Position numbers and translations under genes: made by a program
Assembly: GCA_049643405.1 (NCBI GenBank)
Contig: JBARPX010000080.1
Span: 1 to 62,546 of the forward strand
Reading direction: 5' to 3'
DNA: 62,546 bases
Source of the DNA: Candidatus Zixiibacteriota bacterium
Lineage (GTDB): Bacteria > Zixibacteria > MSB-5A5 > SM1-73
Shown: piece after piece, positions 37,886 to 46,972 of the stretch
Numbering within the stretch: position 1 is the stretch's first letter
Layout: every line of letters begins with the position of its first letter
The notes under the pieces: generated by a model
Told to the model about the DNA's origin: nothing
The model's input: the letters and a program-made list of their open reading frames with translations, nothing else
Databases searched by the model: none

Positions 37886-37924
37886 CGGTAGATAGTTCAT
37901 GGTTCATAGTTCTTAGCTGAAAGA
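37886..37924 (+). repeat. RGTTCRT heptad-repeat element, copy R4
   Basis: cggtagatagttcatggttcatagttcttagctgaaaga begins 4 nt after the DUF4097 gene stop. Confidence 0.65.
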
Positions 37925-38098
37925 AAAAGGAGTCAGCCCCTAAAGAAACACGCCCGCTGCTTTAGCGGGCGTTTGTTTCCTGACCTGAGTATGAAAGAAT
38001 ACTCGCTGGCTGCTGGTTTTCTGATCCACAGCCAGCAGAAAGGATTTTCACCTTTTGCTCCCCTTGGGGAGTTCTTATTTTAGTAGGTGCAAGGGAGA

Positions 38099-38359
38099 TT
38101 AGTCCTCTTTATCTGAGTCCTCTTGATCTGAGGGCTCCTGATCTGAGGCCTCTTGATCTGAGGGCTTTTTTACGCCGATAGCCTGAGGACCCTTTTTCCC
38201 TTTAACGATTGTGAATTCCAGTTGATCTCCTTCCCCTATGTCGTCAAACTCGATGTCCTGGAGTTCTGTGCGATGAAAGAATATCTCCCTTCCATCCTCA
38301 GCCGAGATGAATCCAAATCCTCTTTCCCTTATTATCCGCTTCACTGTTCCTGTAGACAT
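38099..38359 (-). CDS. cold-shock-domain protein with an acidic SDQE-repeat C-terminal tail
   Basis: AAAGGAGAG RBS. GTVKRIIRERGFGFISAEDGREIFFH (RNP1/RNP2-like). The tail is PSDQEASDQEPSDQEDSDKED. Confidence 0.85.
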   Translation of the reverse strand: MSTGTVKRIIRERGFGFISAEDGREIFFHRTELQDIEFDDIGEGDQLEFTIVKGKKGPQAIGVKKPSDQEASDQEPSDQEDSDKED

Positions 38360-38493
38360 GCTTTTGCTCTCCTTTAGAAGAAAATACACTACCTGCTGAA
38401 AACGGTTCCCTCTCTCCCATCCCCCAAAAATTGTTTGACCTTACGACTCCTCTCTTAGAGTTTTAGTAGTTTAATTAGAACCTCTGCTTTTTT

Positions 38494-38521
38494 GATATAA
38501 CCTTTTATTCTCAAATGTCAA
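38494..38521 (-). promoter_or_regulatory. sigma70-like promoter (TTGACA-16-TATATC) giving a ~130-nt 5' UTR for the cold-shock gene
   Basis: Minus-strand TTGACA at 38516-38521 and TATATC at 38494-38499. Long 5' UTRs are typical of csp genes. Confidence 0.4.
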
Positions 38522-38983
38522 GCTATATTTCAGCTTTTGAACAATTAAAGGTGTACCATGCCAAATGGCTGCCGGATTTCTATGGCTGCCGGTCTTCTAC
38601 GGCCACCAGGAAGAGCCGTTCGGTTGGCCTTCTGGCGGGGTCCTGGTGATGGACCATAGGCCTGGCGGTTGATGAAATCGTTATCGCGAGGAGGCCCCGA
38701 ACGGGGAGGACGAGGCGATCTCACCGCAGGCAGGTCACGACGCAATCCGGGCGAGGGAAAACTCCCAAGCTGCGGACGGCGGACTTGACCTGAGCGAAGT
38801 CGAAGGACGGTCGACTGCTGACAGAATTCCCCGCTCCCTCCCTTCGACAAGCTCAGGGACAGTGAGTCTTCGACCCTGAACTCAAGCAGGCGCTTGCCCC
38901 CAGACGGGCCCGTATGGGCGTCTGGGCAGACCGAAGGGCGAAGTCGAACCGTGCGGTCGATCGCAATGACCGTTGGGGGCTTC

Positions 38984-40456
38984 TCAGCGCGCGAGGAGTT
39001 CCTCGATTTTTCCTGCGACCTTGGTTGCGGCGCCGCCATAATTGGCCATCACGGCCACGCTATACCCGCTGGTGAGGTACATATCCAAATTAGCATTGAT
39101 GCCCGGTGCGCCGCCACCGTGTCCCAAAATCCGGTGGCCGTTTACGGTCTTATCCTGGAAAAGATAGGCATACATGCCTTCAGGGCCCATCTGTGTTTTG
39201 CCAGTGGTGAGGGTGTCGAAGGCTTCCTTGCTGATCAGCTTGTTGCTCCGCAGAGCAATATCGAAGCTCAACAGGTCCTCAACCGTGGAGAATCCACCTC
39301 CGGCCGGACCACCCTTGACCACGTGCATGAAGAGATTATTGCGCCACGAGCCGTCCGAAGTGGGGCTCCCGTCATGGTTCATTTTGGTGTAACCGATGGC
39401 CAGATTGGGCACCGGTGTATCCATCTCATAACAGTCAGTGTTGATCATTCCAGCCGGCTTGTGGATTTTCTCCCTCACATAATCATAGTAGTCCTGCCCG
39501 GTGACTGCTTCAATGACCATCCCCAGGACGATGGGACCGGAATTGCTGTAATGAAAATCTGTTCCCGGCTCGAAAAGGAGCGAATCATCGAAAATCAACT
39601 CAGCCAGCTGGTCAACGGTTTTGATCTCCCACCAGTGGGCATCATAAACCTCGTCCCAGTAGTCCTGCATTCCCGAAGTGTGAGTCAGCAGGTGGTGAAT
39701 GGTCACTTTCTCGGCGATCTCAGGACGAGGCAGGTCAGGCAGATATTTGCCCACAAGGTCGTTGAGGGATACCTTGCCCTGTTCGACCAACTGCATGATG
39801 GCCACACCGGTGAACATCTTGTTCATGGATCCTAAGTTGAACTTGGTGTCGAGCTTGTTCGGGACATTGAATCGCTTGCTGGCCAGCCCCTCTACCCGTG
39901 TGTAGAACGGTTTGCCATCCTTTGCGATCAGTACGGTGCCTGAAAACTGATCTTTGGACACTAAGTTGTCCAGGTAACGGTCAAGGAAATCGAGTATCTG
40001 CTCCTGTGTCAGATCGCCTTCCGGCGCTTCAAATCCCGGTTCCTCTCCAGGCCGAACAGAGAGCATGTCGAGCTTATGAGGGGGCAGGGTATCAGCCTGG
40101 AGAGACATCATCACCCACTCAAACGGCCCGGTGGGCTGTTTGGCCTGCAGGAGGGCGGAGACGAAATAGTCGTCAGATTCCTCAATCCGGTGAAGGATCA
40201 AGCCGCCCACGTCAGCATACACCATCGTGAAGAACTCAAGACGGCGCTCAAACGTGCTCCCCTCTTTCTCCTTCCAGTGATTCTTGATGAAACCCGTCCA
40301 CTGGTTTTCATCCCCGGAATTGAACGCCTCTAACAGGCGGCTCAATAGCTTGCCTGCTTGGGTGTCCGGTATCTCAGGCGGCGACTGCTGAGCGACAGCG
40401 GGAACGACGAGAGCGCATACGAGTATGAAGACGAAAATCGTCGAGATGTACCGCAT
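38984..40456 (-). CDS. serine hydrolase of the beta-lactamase/PBP (class C-like) family
   Basis: AAGGAGG RBS and signal peptide from the ATG at 40456. S-x-x-K (LGSMNKMFT), Y-x-N (HYSNSG) and the GHGGGAPG box. Confidence 0.8.
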   Translation of the reverse strand: MRYISTIFVFILVCALVVPAVAQQSPPEIPDTQAGKLLSRLLEAFNSGDENQWTGFIKNHWKEKEGSTFERRLEFFTMVYADVGGLILHRIEESDDYFVSALLQAKQPTGPFEWVMMSLQADTLPPHKLDMLSVRPGEEPGFEAPEGDLTQEQILDFLDRYLDNLVSKDQFSGTVLIAKDGKPFYTRVEGLASKRFNVPNKLDTKFNLGSMNKMFTGVAIMQLVEQGKVSLNDLVGKYLPDLPRPEIAEKVTIHHLLTHTSGMQDYWDEVYDAHWWEIKTVDQLAELIFDDSLLFEPGTDFHYSNSGPIVLGMVIEAVTGQDYYDYVREKIHKPAGMINTDCYEMDTPVPNLAIGYTKMNHDGSPTSDGSWRNNLFMHVVKGGPAGGGFSTVEDLLSFDIALRSNKLISKEAFDTLTTGKTQMGPEGMYAYLFQDKTVNGHRILGHGGGAPGINANLDMYLTSGYSVAVMANYGGAATKVAGKIEELLAR

Positions 40457-40789
40457 GTGAGTAGGTCCTCCTTTACTTAGGTTGAGTGAAGATGTTTTTG
40501 CGTCCGGATTGCTGACCCGTATTTCATGTAAGTACTTACGCAAATATGTTCGATTAAGTTGCCGGTTTCTTCGGTTCTCGAACGGCTCATTCGTGGCGTA
40601 CTTGGAAGCACGAATGTGAAGATTTTAGCCTGTGTGCCCCCCTCGCGAAGTCTGTCTGACATGGACAGATCCGCCTCTGGCGGAGAGACTGCGGCTACCC
40701 CCGCCTCGTCCCGTCATTGGCTCGCCCGCGGTGAAGATGACCGGCGACAGATTGGAAGGTGTCAGTCTTTGATGATTATTTCCTCTAAC

Positions 40790-40819
40790 AAGAAAAACGG
40801 CCGGGGAAGGCCCGGCCGT
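40790..40819 (-). terminator. Rho-independent terminator of the Spy/CpxP-like gene
   Basis: 9-bp GC stem acggccggg/cccggccgt with a 5-nt loop, and a T-run on the minus strand (forward aaaaa at 40793-40797). Confidence 0.55.
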
Positions 40820-40871
40820 TTCTCTCCTACATTATTTCGAACTTCTCTTAAGTTGAATTCGAAATCTCCTC

Positions 40872-41501
40872 TTACTTCCCCATGCACTTCTTCATCTTCT
40901 CCATCTGCTCCGGGGTCAAGAGCGCCTTCGCCTTCCTGAAGGCCTTTATGTGGGATAGATGCATATCAACCTTCAGCTTCGCCGCCGCCTTCATCTTGGC
41001 CTCAATATCCTTGATGGGTGCGTCGTCATCGTGCATTAGGCCCTTCAGCTCCAGTTCGGCAATCTTCAGATCAGCTTCCGTTCTGATCTTGCCTTTCTGG
41101 AAATCCATTTTGATGGCCTTGAGGTCCTTCATCTGCTTGTCGGTAAGCTCCAACTCCTTCTTGCAGCAGAGGAAAAAGTCCATCTTGCAGCAGCCCATCC
41201 CCTGGTCTCCTCCCATCATCTCACCGCACATTCCCATCCCCGAGCCCATTTTGCCGCATCCCCGCATTCCTGAACCCATAGAACCGCATCCCATCTGGTG
41301 CATCATTCCCCCACCCTTTCCGCAGCCGCCCATCCGAAGCTCCACTCCTCCTTTGTGCCCTCCGCATCCGCCCTTCATGGACATCTCATCGCCCATCACC
41401 TTGATCACGCGCTTTTCCGTCTCCATCTGGGCGAAGGTCCAGGTGAAGGCCAAAAGCACCAAGAGGAGAGCGATTCCTCCTGCCAAACCAAGCTTCCTCA
41501 T
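40872..41501 (-). CDS. periplasmic Spy/CpxP/ZraP-like (LTXXQ) protein with a Met/Gly/Cys-rich insert
   Basis: AAGGAGG RBS and signal peptide. Two LTXXQ motifs (LTDKQ, LTPEQ) in a helical Lys/Glu-rich C-half. Residues ~43-110 read GGCGGHKGG..MGGCGKGGGMMHQMGCGSMGSGMRGCGKMGSGMGMCGEMMGGDQGMGCCK. Confidence 0.7.
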   Translation of the reverse strand: MRKLGLAGGIALLLVLLAFTWTFAQMETEKRVIKVMGDEMSMKGGCGGHKGGVELRMGGCGKGGGMMHQMGCGSMGSGMRGCGKMGSGMGMCGEMMGGDQGMGCCKMDFFLCCKKELELTDKQMKDLKAIKMDFQKGKIRTEADLKIAELELKGLMHDDDAPIKDIEAKMKAAAKLKVDMHLSHIKAFRKAKALLTPEQMEKMKKCMGK

Positions 41502-41680
41502 AAACCACCTCCTTTGGGGTTAAACAGTTGTATATCTAATACGGACAGTTCTTGTCTTAATTGGGCGAAAAACTGGGTCGGGAGACGAACCATGCGACCG
41601 CAGCGAATGCTGGGCCTGAAGCTTGCCCGATTTCCTTCCTAGGAGTTGCGGGAGGACTTGCCTTCCGTCTATCTGAAGAG

Positions 41681-41730
41681 CTGCCAGGTCACACTCATGG
41701 CATGCCATGAGCAAGAACTGACACAACAGG
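41681..41730 (+). repeat. hairpin element related to the GTCAGGTC family (copy F)
   Basis: ccaggtcacactcatggcatgccatgagcaagaactgacacaac. The inner 18-nt perfect palindrome is ctcatggcatgccatgag. Confidence 0.45.
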
Positions 41731-42071
41731 GAGACCGGGTGCCCCAGCGCTTGCGGTGGGTTGAGTTTCGCCTTCTGTGGAGACTTTTGTTGCCGATCCC
41801 CAAAGCCGCGGAAGTCCCGCTAAAGTGCGATTTCCACCAATAAGCCAGGGTGCCCTCCCTACGGCACTAGAAGTAGACGCGAAAAGAGGCAAAGTAAAAG
41901 TGAGGATACCCTCCGAATTCCGAACGCAGAAGTACGGCGGGAACGCAGCAGCGACTGACCACCAGATGGGGACTCTCACCCAAACCCAGGTATGCGCCTG
42001 CCGACAGATAGACGTCCTCTGCACGCAAGACCCATCAGCAGTTGCTCACCTCACAAAACAAGAGGCCCTCT

Positions 42072-42133
42072 TCATTCTATTCGATAGACGATGCCCCAGG
42101 CTTTGAACTCGTATTCTGTGGTATCGCCGCCAG
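42072..42133 (-). pseudogene. relic of the 3' end of a paralog/copy of the 48208-49032 lipoprotein gene
   Basis: About 60 nt at about 90% identity (hand alignment) to 48208-48270. Encodes ..[19 protein letters not shown] compared with ..[19 protein letters not shown]. An in-frame stop lies just upstream. Confidence 0.6.
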
Positions 42134-42334
42134 CGAGTTACGAAGAGGATTGTGACCCTGTCCCAGGATTTCCCCCTTGATCAAGTTTGAAGCCTGAGAA
42201 TAGGGATGCTGGGGCACTCGTACACGTGGGTGCGAGGGCTTTTGGCAATTATCCAGGAATGTCCGTCAGGGCTAAGAAGCCCCGGACTGAAAAGGGAAGG
42301 CCGAACGAGCGTCCGTTGGTCCGGCTGCGATCAC

Positions 42335-43402
42335 TCAATCGTGGAGATCAAAACCTAACCCGGGCTTGCCTGTCGGAAACAGGACTCCGTCCTTGAGAAT
42401 AACCGCTCCGGCCGAAGGATCGTCGATTAAGTCGAGGTGCCCGTCCAGATCGGCATAGACCACGTTCGGCCGCGCTAAAGCGAAATGGAGCCCTGCGGCG
42501 ATTCCCAATGCTGCCTCATCCATGCATCCTACCATGACCTCAAGATTGGCCGCTCTGGCAACTGCGTTGATCTGTAGGGCCTCGGAAATGCCCCCGACTT
42601 TCATCAGCTTGACGTTGACCATATCTGCCAAATTGCGCCTTGCTAATCGGAATGCGTCCCGCAAGTTCATCAGACTTTCGTCAGCCATCACCGGGATCGC
42701 GGCCCCGTTGGTCACCCTTCCCAGCAGGTCAAGCTGGCCCTTGGGAGTGGGCTGTTCCAGAAGTTCGATTTTAGCAGAGCGGCTAGCCTTAACAAAGTGA
42801 AGTGATTCCTCCACCGAATAGCCCTGATTGGCGTCAAAGCGCAGCGCGATCGACTTGCCCACTGCCTCCCGTACCTTCATCACCCTGTCAATATCTATGT
42901 CGACGTCCTTTCCCCCCTTGATCTTCAGCACCTTGAAGCCTTTTGCCACGAGATCTCTGGCCTTGACTACGGTTTCTTCCAAAGGAAGTATGCCGATGGT
43001 GACGCTGGTCTTGATACGATCCCGGAAACCACCGAACAGCTTGTGAACTGGAAGACCGGCGACCTTACCCAATATGTCATGGAGAGCCATGTCGGCCATA
43101 GCAAGGGCGGAAGGGTGTGCCTGTAAGTTTGGCTTCAACCTTTCCAGAAGGAGAGCCAGTCGTAGAGGATCGCTGCCTCTAAGAGACGGCTCGATCCATT
43201 CCTTGAAGACCTCCAGCACACCGTCGGGACTCTCGCCCGTAACTTCAAAATCTGGGGCGGCACAGCCGTATCCCGTGACCCCGCTGGTGGTCTGAATGGC
43301 CAGGAAGACGTTTGTGGCCGAGTCGATGGTCTCGTAGGCGATGGTGTAGGGCTCGGCTAGGCGCATCTTAACCTGCCAGGCTTGGAGGCGAGTGATTCTC
43401 AT
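42335..43402 (-). CDS. enolase-superfamily dipeptide / N-acyl-amino-acid epimerase (MLE subgroup)
   Basis: VLKIKGGKD (K-x-K), [25 protein letters not shown] and MVGCMDE. The start is ATG at 43402 or TTG at 43444. Confidence 0.8.
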   Translation of the reverse strand: MRITRLQAWQVKMRLAEPYTIAYETIDSATNVFLAIQTTSGVTGYGCAAPDFEVTGESPDGVLEVFKEWIEPSLRGSDPLRLALLLERLKPNLQAHPSALAMADMALHDILGKVAGLPVHKLFGGFRDRIKTSVTIGILPLEETVVKARDLVAKGFKVLKIKGGKDVDIDIDRVMKVREAVGKSIALRFDANQGYSVEESLHFVKASRSAKIELLEQPTPKGQLDLLGRVTNGAAIPVMADESLMNLRDAFRLARRNLADMVNVKLMKVGGISEALQINAVARAANLEVMVGCMDEAALGIAAGLHFALARPNVVYADLDGHLDLIDDPSAGAVILKDGVLFPTGKPGLGFDLHD

Positions 43403-43421
43403 AGATTTTCTTGCCTGAATA

Positions 43422-45782
43422 TCATTTTTGGTAGATTTGCTCAAGGGTCATGCTCTTCAGGTCTTCCACCAACGCCACCAGGTGGGCGATCATGATCTCC
43501 CAAATCTTCTTGCCCTTCTCTGCAGTCGCTTTGCTGGGATCGCCCATAACGCCGGTGGGCGAGATCTTCTTGGTGTGGGCATACCATAACACACCGCGCT
43601 TTGAGCTGAAGTTCAAGTATCGGCTGGAGAACTTCGGAACCAGTTTGGTGGCTTTGTCCAGCCTGACCAGATGAGGCCGCACGGCCAGGCTGGTGCTGGT
43701 CTCAATCTCGCCAGCATGGACATCGTTCGGCGTTTCAACCAGTTTGCTGATATCCACGTCGCTGGTCTCTCCCGTGTCCACACAGACGAAAATGCGCGCA
43801 TCGCGATTAATCATCTGAGCCGCATAATCGAGCGCAGGAGTATTGCCGCCGTGAGCGTTTACGATGACCAGCTTGTTAATACCGTTCTGAGCCGCGCTCA
43901 TGCCTATCTCGTATACCAAACCGGAAAGCGTGGCATTGCTGATGCTGAGGGTTCCCTTGAAGTCTTCATGGTGATATGAGACCCCGTAAGGGATCAGCGG
44001 CAGCACCAACGGCTTGGGGCTGCTGCAGGCTTCTGCTACCCGTCTGGCCAGGTACTCAGCGTCGAATGCATCGGTGCCCACGGGAAGGTGAGGACCGTGC
44101 TGCTCGGTGGAACCTACAGGAAGAAGCGCGATATCCACATCTTTGAATTTTCTCTCGGCCTCAGGCCAGGTCAACTCAACCCACAGGTAAGTGTCTTCAG
44201 CAGCCCCGGATGCTCTGGCGGAGATTTTATGGATTGAGCCTGGACCCAGCTCAAAAGGGTAAGGTCGGCTTATATCCGGATCGTTAAGCGGGTCGAATTC
44301 CGTCCACCTTCGTTCAACTCGTCGCACCGCACCGTCGGAGTGTTCCAAGAGCATCCTATAGAGCGGTTTTCGGAGGTCCGGCGGAATCCCACCGACAGGA
44401 GATCTCTCCTGATTGAACCTGAGCTTCAGAATAACCGGGTGCTCTCTGGCGGATCTCTTTCGCTCCTCCGGCAGTTCAACCAGGCCCTTTTGGGATAGCA
44501 GGAAAGTCAGGTGCTCGGAACCGGAGACCTCCTGATGTACTCCCTTGACGGCCACGTCCTTGAGGCAGCTTTTGATCTGCCCATCAGAATAACCACAGCG
44601 TCCGGGATCAGCACCAATCGCCATCAGCATCCCCACAATTCGGCGACATTTCTCGCATCTGCCGCAGGGACGCATTCTCTGGTCCTCTCTATGCGTGGCA
44701 TGGCATGAGAGCTGGTGTTCCTGCAGGTGAGGATAGCGTTCCTCCAGTGTCTCTTGAATCAGCATCTCAGAAAGCTGACGTAAGATGGAGAACTGGCTGA
44801 TGGCCCAGCCCTTCTGCATATAGTATCTGGAAAGCGCCTCGTCGAAATACCGGCTCTGATCGTAGAGCCCGTCGTAATGCGTGATTCCATGGGAAGAAGT
44901 GCGGTGAGTGGTATCGTATTCGTCTCCTATAACCACACGGCCTATGCCCCGCTTCCGCAGAAGGGGCAACGCCCCGAACAGGAAAACCGCCACGGTCCAG
45001 AGCCGGATGGGATACTCGTCCGAGCGGATGTCGGCGAAATCCGGGCGGATGAAGGGCATATGACGCAGCATCCAGGCGAATACCCGGTCGGAATTCACCC
45101 ACACTCTGGCCGTGTTGGGTATGTTCTGCTTGAAAAAGCGAAAGGCGTTCAGAGCCGTAAACCAGTGGCGTCCGGACTCGTTTACGAAAATGGGGTGCGT
45201 CTCCATTCCCATCTCATTCAACAGACCGAAGCTGAGCAAACTATCCTTGCCGCCGCTGGAAAGAATGCAATGGCGTCTCCTGTCGGTTGGCCAGAGTCGC
45301 CAGCTTGCCATGGAGGCGCCGGAATCGGGGAACTCCAAGCCGGCCCGCAGGTAGGGTTTCCTTTTCTCAACCGGCAAATGAGCGGCATCACCGATCAGGA
45401 AAGGATTCGGCTCCAGGAATTTCTTAACGTAGATCTCGCGGGCCGTATTCTCCGCCATATCCAGAATGAACCGGCGATCCTTCTGATCGAATGAACCGTG
45501 GAAGACAATCTTATTACAGAAGAGACCATAGTTGATGGCCGCCTGCGCCGCGATCATGGCCGCTAAATTCTGGGATGCATCGTCGGAAGGGTCAAATACG
45601 TCCCCCTCGTAACTGTAAATCAAATCGTAGCTGTCTTCCTTGCCTTGCTGAGAGAGCCGGTAAGGAGCGAGCAACCGTCGTCGCTCAAGCCTTACGGGAC
45701 CTACTTCCAGCCGGTCAAAAACCTCCAGAGCGGACAGAGGATCATTCTGTCTTTCAGGTCTGGAATGAGCATCCATAACCAT
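43422..45782 (-). CDS. fusion protein: unknown N-domain + QueC-like PP-loop ATP pyrophosphatase + creatininase-family amidohydrolase
   Basis: PP-loop ILSSGGKDS and Cys cluster C-x12-CGRCEKCRR (QueC-like). C-terminal [28 protein letters not shown] and HAGEIETS (creatininase/MftE/ArfB family). Confidence 0.8.
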   Translation of the reverse strand: MVMDAHSRPERQNDPLSALEVFDRLEVGPVRLERRRLLAPYRLSQQGKEDSYDLIYSYEGDVFDPSDDASQNLAAMIAAQAAINYGLFCNKIVFHGSFDQKDRRFILDMAENTAREIYVKKFLEPNPFLIGDAAHLPVEKRKPYLRAGLEFPDSGASMASWRLWPTDRRRHCILSSGGKDSLLSFGLLNEMGMETHPIFVNESGRHWFTALNAFRFFKQNIPNTARVWVNSDRVFAWMLRHMPFIRPDFADIRSDEYPIRLWTVAVFLFGALPLLRKRGIGRVVIGDEYDTTHRTSSHGITHYDGLYDQSRYFDEALSRYYMQKGWAISQFSILRQLSEMLIQETLEERYPHLQEHQLSCHATHREDQRMRPCGRCEKCRRIVGMLMAIGADPGRCGYSDGQIKSCLKDVAVKGVHQEVSGSEHLTFLLSQKGLVELPEERKRSAREHPVILKLRFNQERSPVGGIPPDLRKPLYRMLLEHSDGAVRRVERRWTEFDPLNDPDISRPYPFELGPGSIHKISARASGAAEDTYLWVELTWPEAERKFKDVDIALLPVGSTEQHGPHLPVGTDAFDAEYLARRVAEACSSPKPLVLPLIPYGVSYHHEDFKGTLSISNATLSGLVYEIGMSAAQNGINKLVIVNAHGGNTPALDYAAQMINRDARIFVCVDTGETSDVDISKLVETPNDVHAGEIETSTSLAVRPHLVRLDKATKLVPKFSSRYLNFSSKRGVLWYAHTKKISPTGVMGDPSKATAEKGKKIWEIMIAHLVALVEDLKSMTLEQIYQK

Positions 45783-45895
45783 CAATCCCTGGTTTGCCTC
45801 ACTTAGGCCTTTGCTGTTTTCATCATCAATACGCTCAGTCTGTTACCAAATCATTGATAGGAGCTGTCCTTTAGATGATCCCCCGGGTCCCTGCG

Positions 45896-46972
45896 CTAAG
45901 CCTTGATATGCGGCAATAGTGCTTTTGCCAGGCCCTCCGCGCCGGAGATCAGCACGTCCATAGTCGGCAGGCCTGTCTGCTTCTGAATTGCAGCAGAAAT
46001 GGCTGAAACGTCCTCAGCCGTCATCCCTTCATGATTCAGAGTAATGGCCACCACCGGCTTGCCAGAGAGGAGCTGGATTGCCTGGATCTGCTTTGCCAGC
46101 GGATGCACCGGGTAACCCGGAAAACCGTCGTAATCCTTGCGAGCCGGCGCGTGCTGCAGTACGATCACATCCGGCCTGCCGGCAGCCAGAATCTCAAACC
46201 CACCCGGATATGCGGGATTCATCAGGCTTCCCTGGCCTTCAATCACGATCACGTCCGCTCGAGTTTCGCTCCACGCCGTCCAGACGACGTGCTCGATTTC
46301 TCCGGAGACGAAATCATTTATCAGAGAGTCCAAGATAATACAGTACCTGGCACCTTGCATCCATGAAGTCTGGCCGGTTCCAACCATTTCGGCACGGAAT
46401 CCGGCATCTTGCAGCGCCTGGACCAGCATCCAGGCAGTGGTACGTTTACCTACCGCCGAATCCGTCCCCAGCAACGCCACCTTAAGGGAGCTGACTTCTT
46501 CTATTTTGCCACTGAAGAAATGCAGCTGATTTCGCGGCGGCGGCTTGCGAATGTCGCGAATTTCCGTGCCATTTCGATGAGTCAAATCGACGATCTCCGG
46601 ATCCTCCGAGAGGAAGTCGTGAAGACCCGAGTCCACATTCAAGCCCAACTTGACAGCCTCTTTGACATCTTCACGCGCCGAGTGGCTCAGCCGGCCTCCG
46701 TCGGGCGCTAATCCTATCACCAGATGAGTGGGCCGGATTCCCCAATTCCGGCCAGCCTGAACTACCTGTTCTATAGTGGCGAAGATCGGAATCCCCTTGG
46801 GCTTTCCGTCCAACACAGCTCCGGCATCCTGGTTCTGGTAGCGGGAGTCGATGACCGAAAGCACCTGATAGCGCCTGGTGAAGCGAACCAGACCATGAGC
46901 GGTTTTGCCATTGGGAGTGTTGAGGGCTCCCTGGCAGTAGACAATGGCGTTTCCCTCAGGCAGCAAGCTCAT
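45896..46972 (-). CDS. DUF1611-family P-loop protein (DgcN-like)
   Basis: N-terminal Rossmann-like AIVYCQGALNTPNGKTAHGLVR, P-loop LGTDSAVGKRTTA, about 358 aa. The start overlaps the upstream stop (ATGA). Confidence 0.7.
   Translation of the reverse strand: MSLLPEGNAIVYCQGALNTPNGKTAHGLVRFTRRYQVLSVIDSRYQNQDAGAVLDGKPKGIPIFATIEQVVQAGRNWGIRPTHLVIGLAPDGGRLSHSAREDVKEAVKLGLNVDSGLHDFLSEDPEIVDLTHRNGTEIRDIRKPPPRNQLHFFSGKIEEVSSLKVALLGTDSAVGKRTTAWMLVQALQDAGFRAEMVGTGQTSWMQGARYCIILDSLINDFVSGEIEHVVWTAWSETRADVIVIEGQGSLMNPAYPGGFEILAAGRPDVIVLQHAPARKDYDGFPGYPVHPLAKQIQAIQLLSGKPVVAITLNHEGMTAEDVSAISAAIQKQTGLPTMDVLISGAEGLAKALLPHIKA

Noticed and set aside
38545-39039. 164-aa Arg/Pro-rich minus-strand ORF
   Set aside because: It is a translation of concatenated intergenic repeat modules that recur at 18.2, 57.2 and 62.1 kb. 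No start context is present.
38894-39835. 313-aa plus-strand ORF
   Set aside because: It is antisense to the serine hydrolase, which carries SxxK, YxN and GHGGG boxes. Its 5' part also lies in the repeat patch.
40882-41523. 213-aa plus-strand ORF exactly mirroring the Spy-like gene
   Set aside because: Both strands are open because of the biased Met/Gly/Lys codon content. The minus-strand product has an RBS, signal peptide, LTXXQ motifs and a terminator. The plus-strand product is Pro/Ser/Ile low-complexity with no RBS.
41520-42071. Several 65-109-aa ORFs on both strands between the Spy-like gene and the lipoprotein relic
   Set aside because: They are mutually overlapping, with no RBS or motifs. 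The region contains a hairpin repeat (41681-41730) and is best treated as non-coding or decayed sequence pending blastx.
43422-45782. Qat (QatABCD) or type IV CBASS assignment because of the QueC-like domain
   Set aside because: No QatA ATPase, QatB, TatD nuclease, TGT, OGG or CD-NTase genes are nearby. The neighbours are metabolic-type enzymes (PLP, epimerase, DUF1611).
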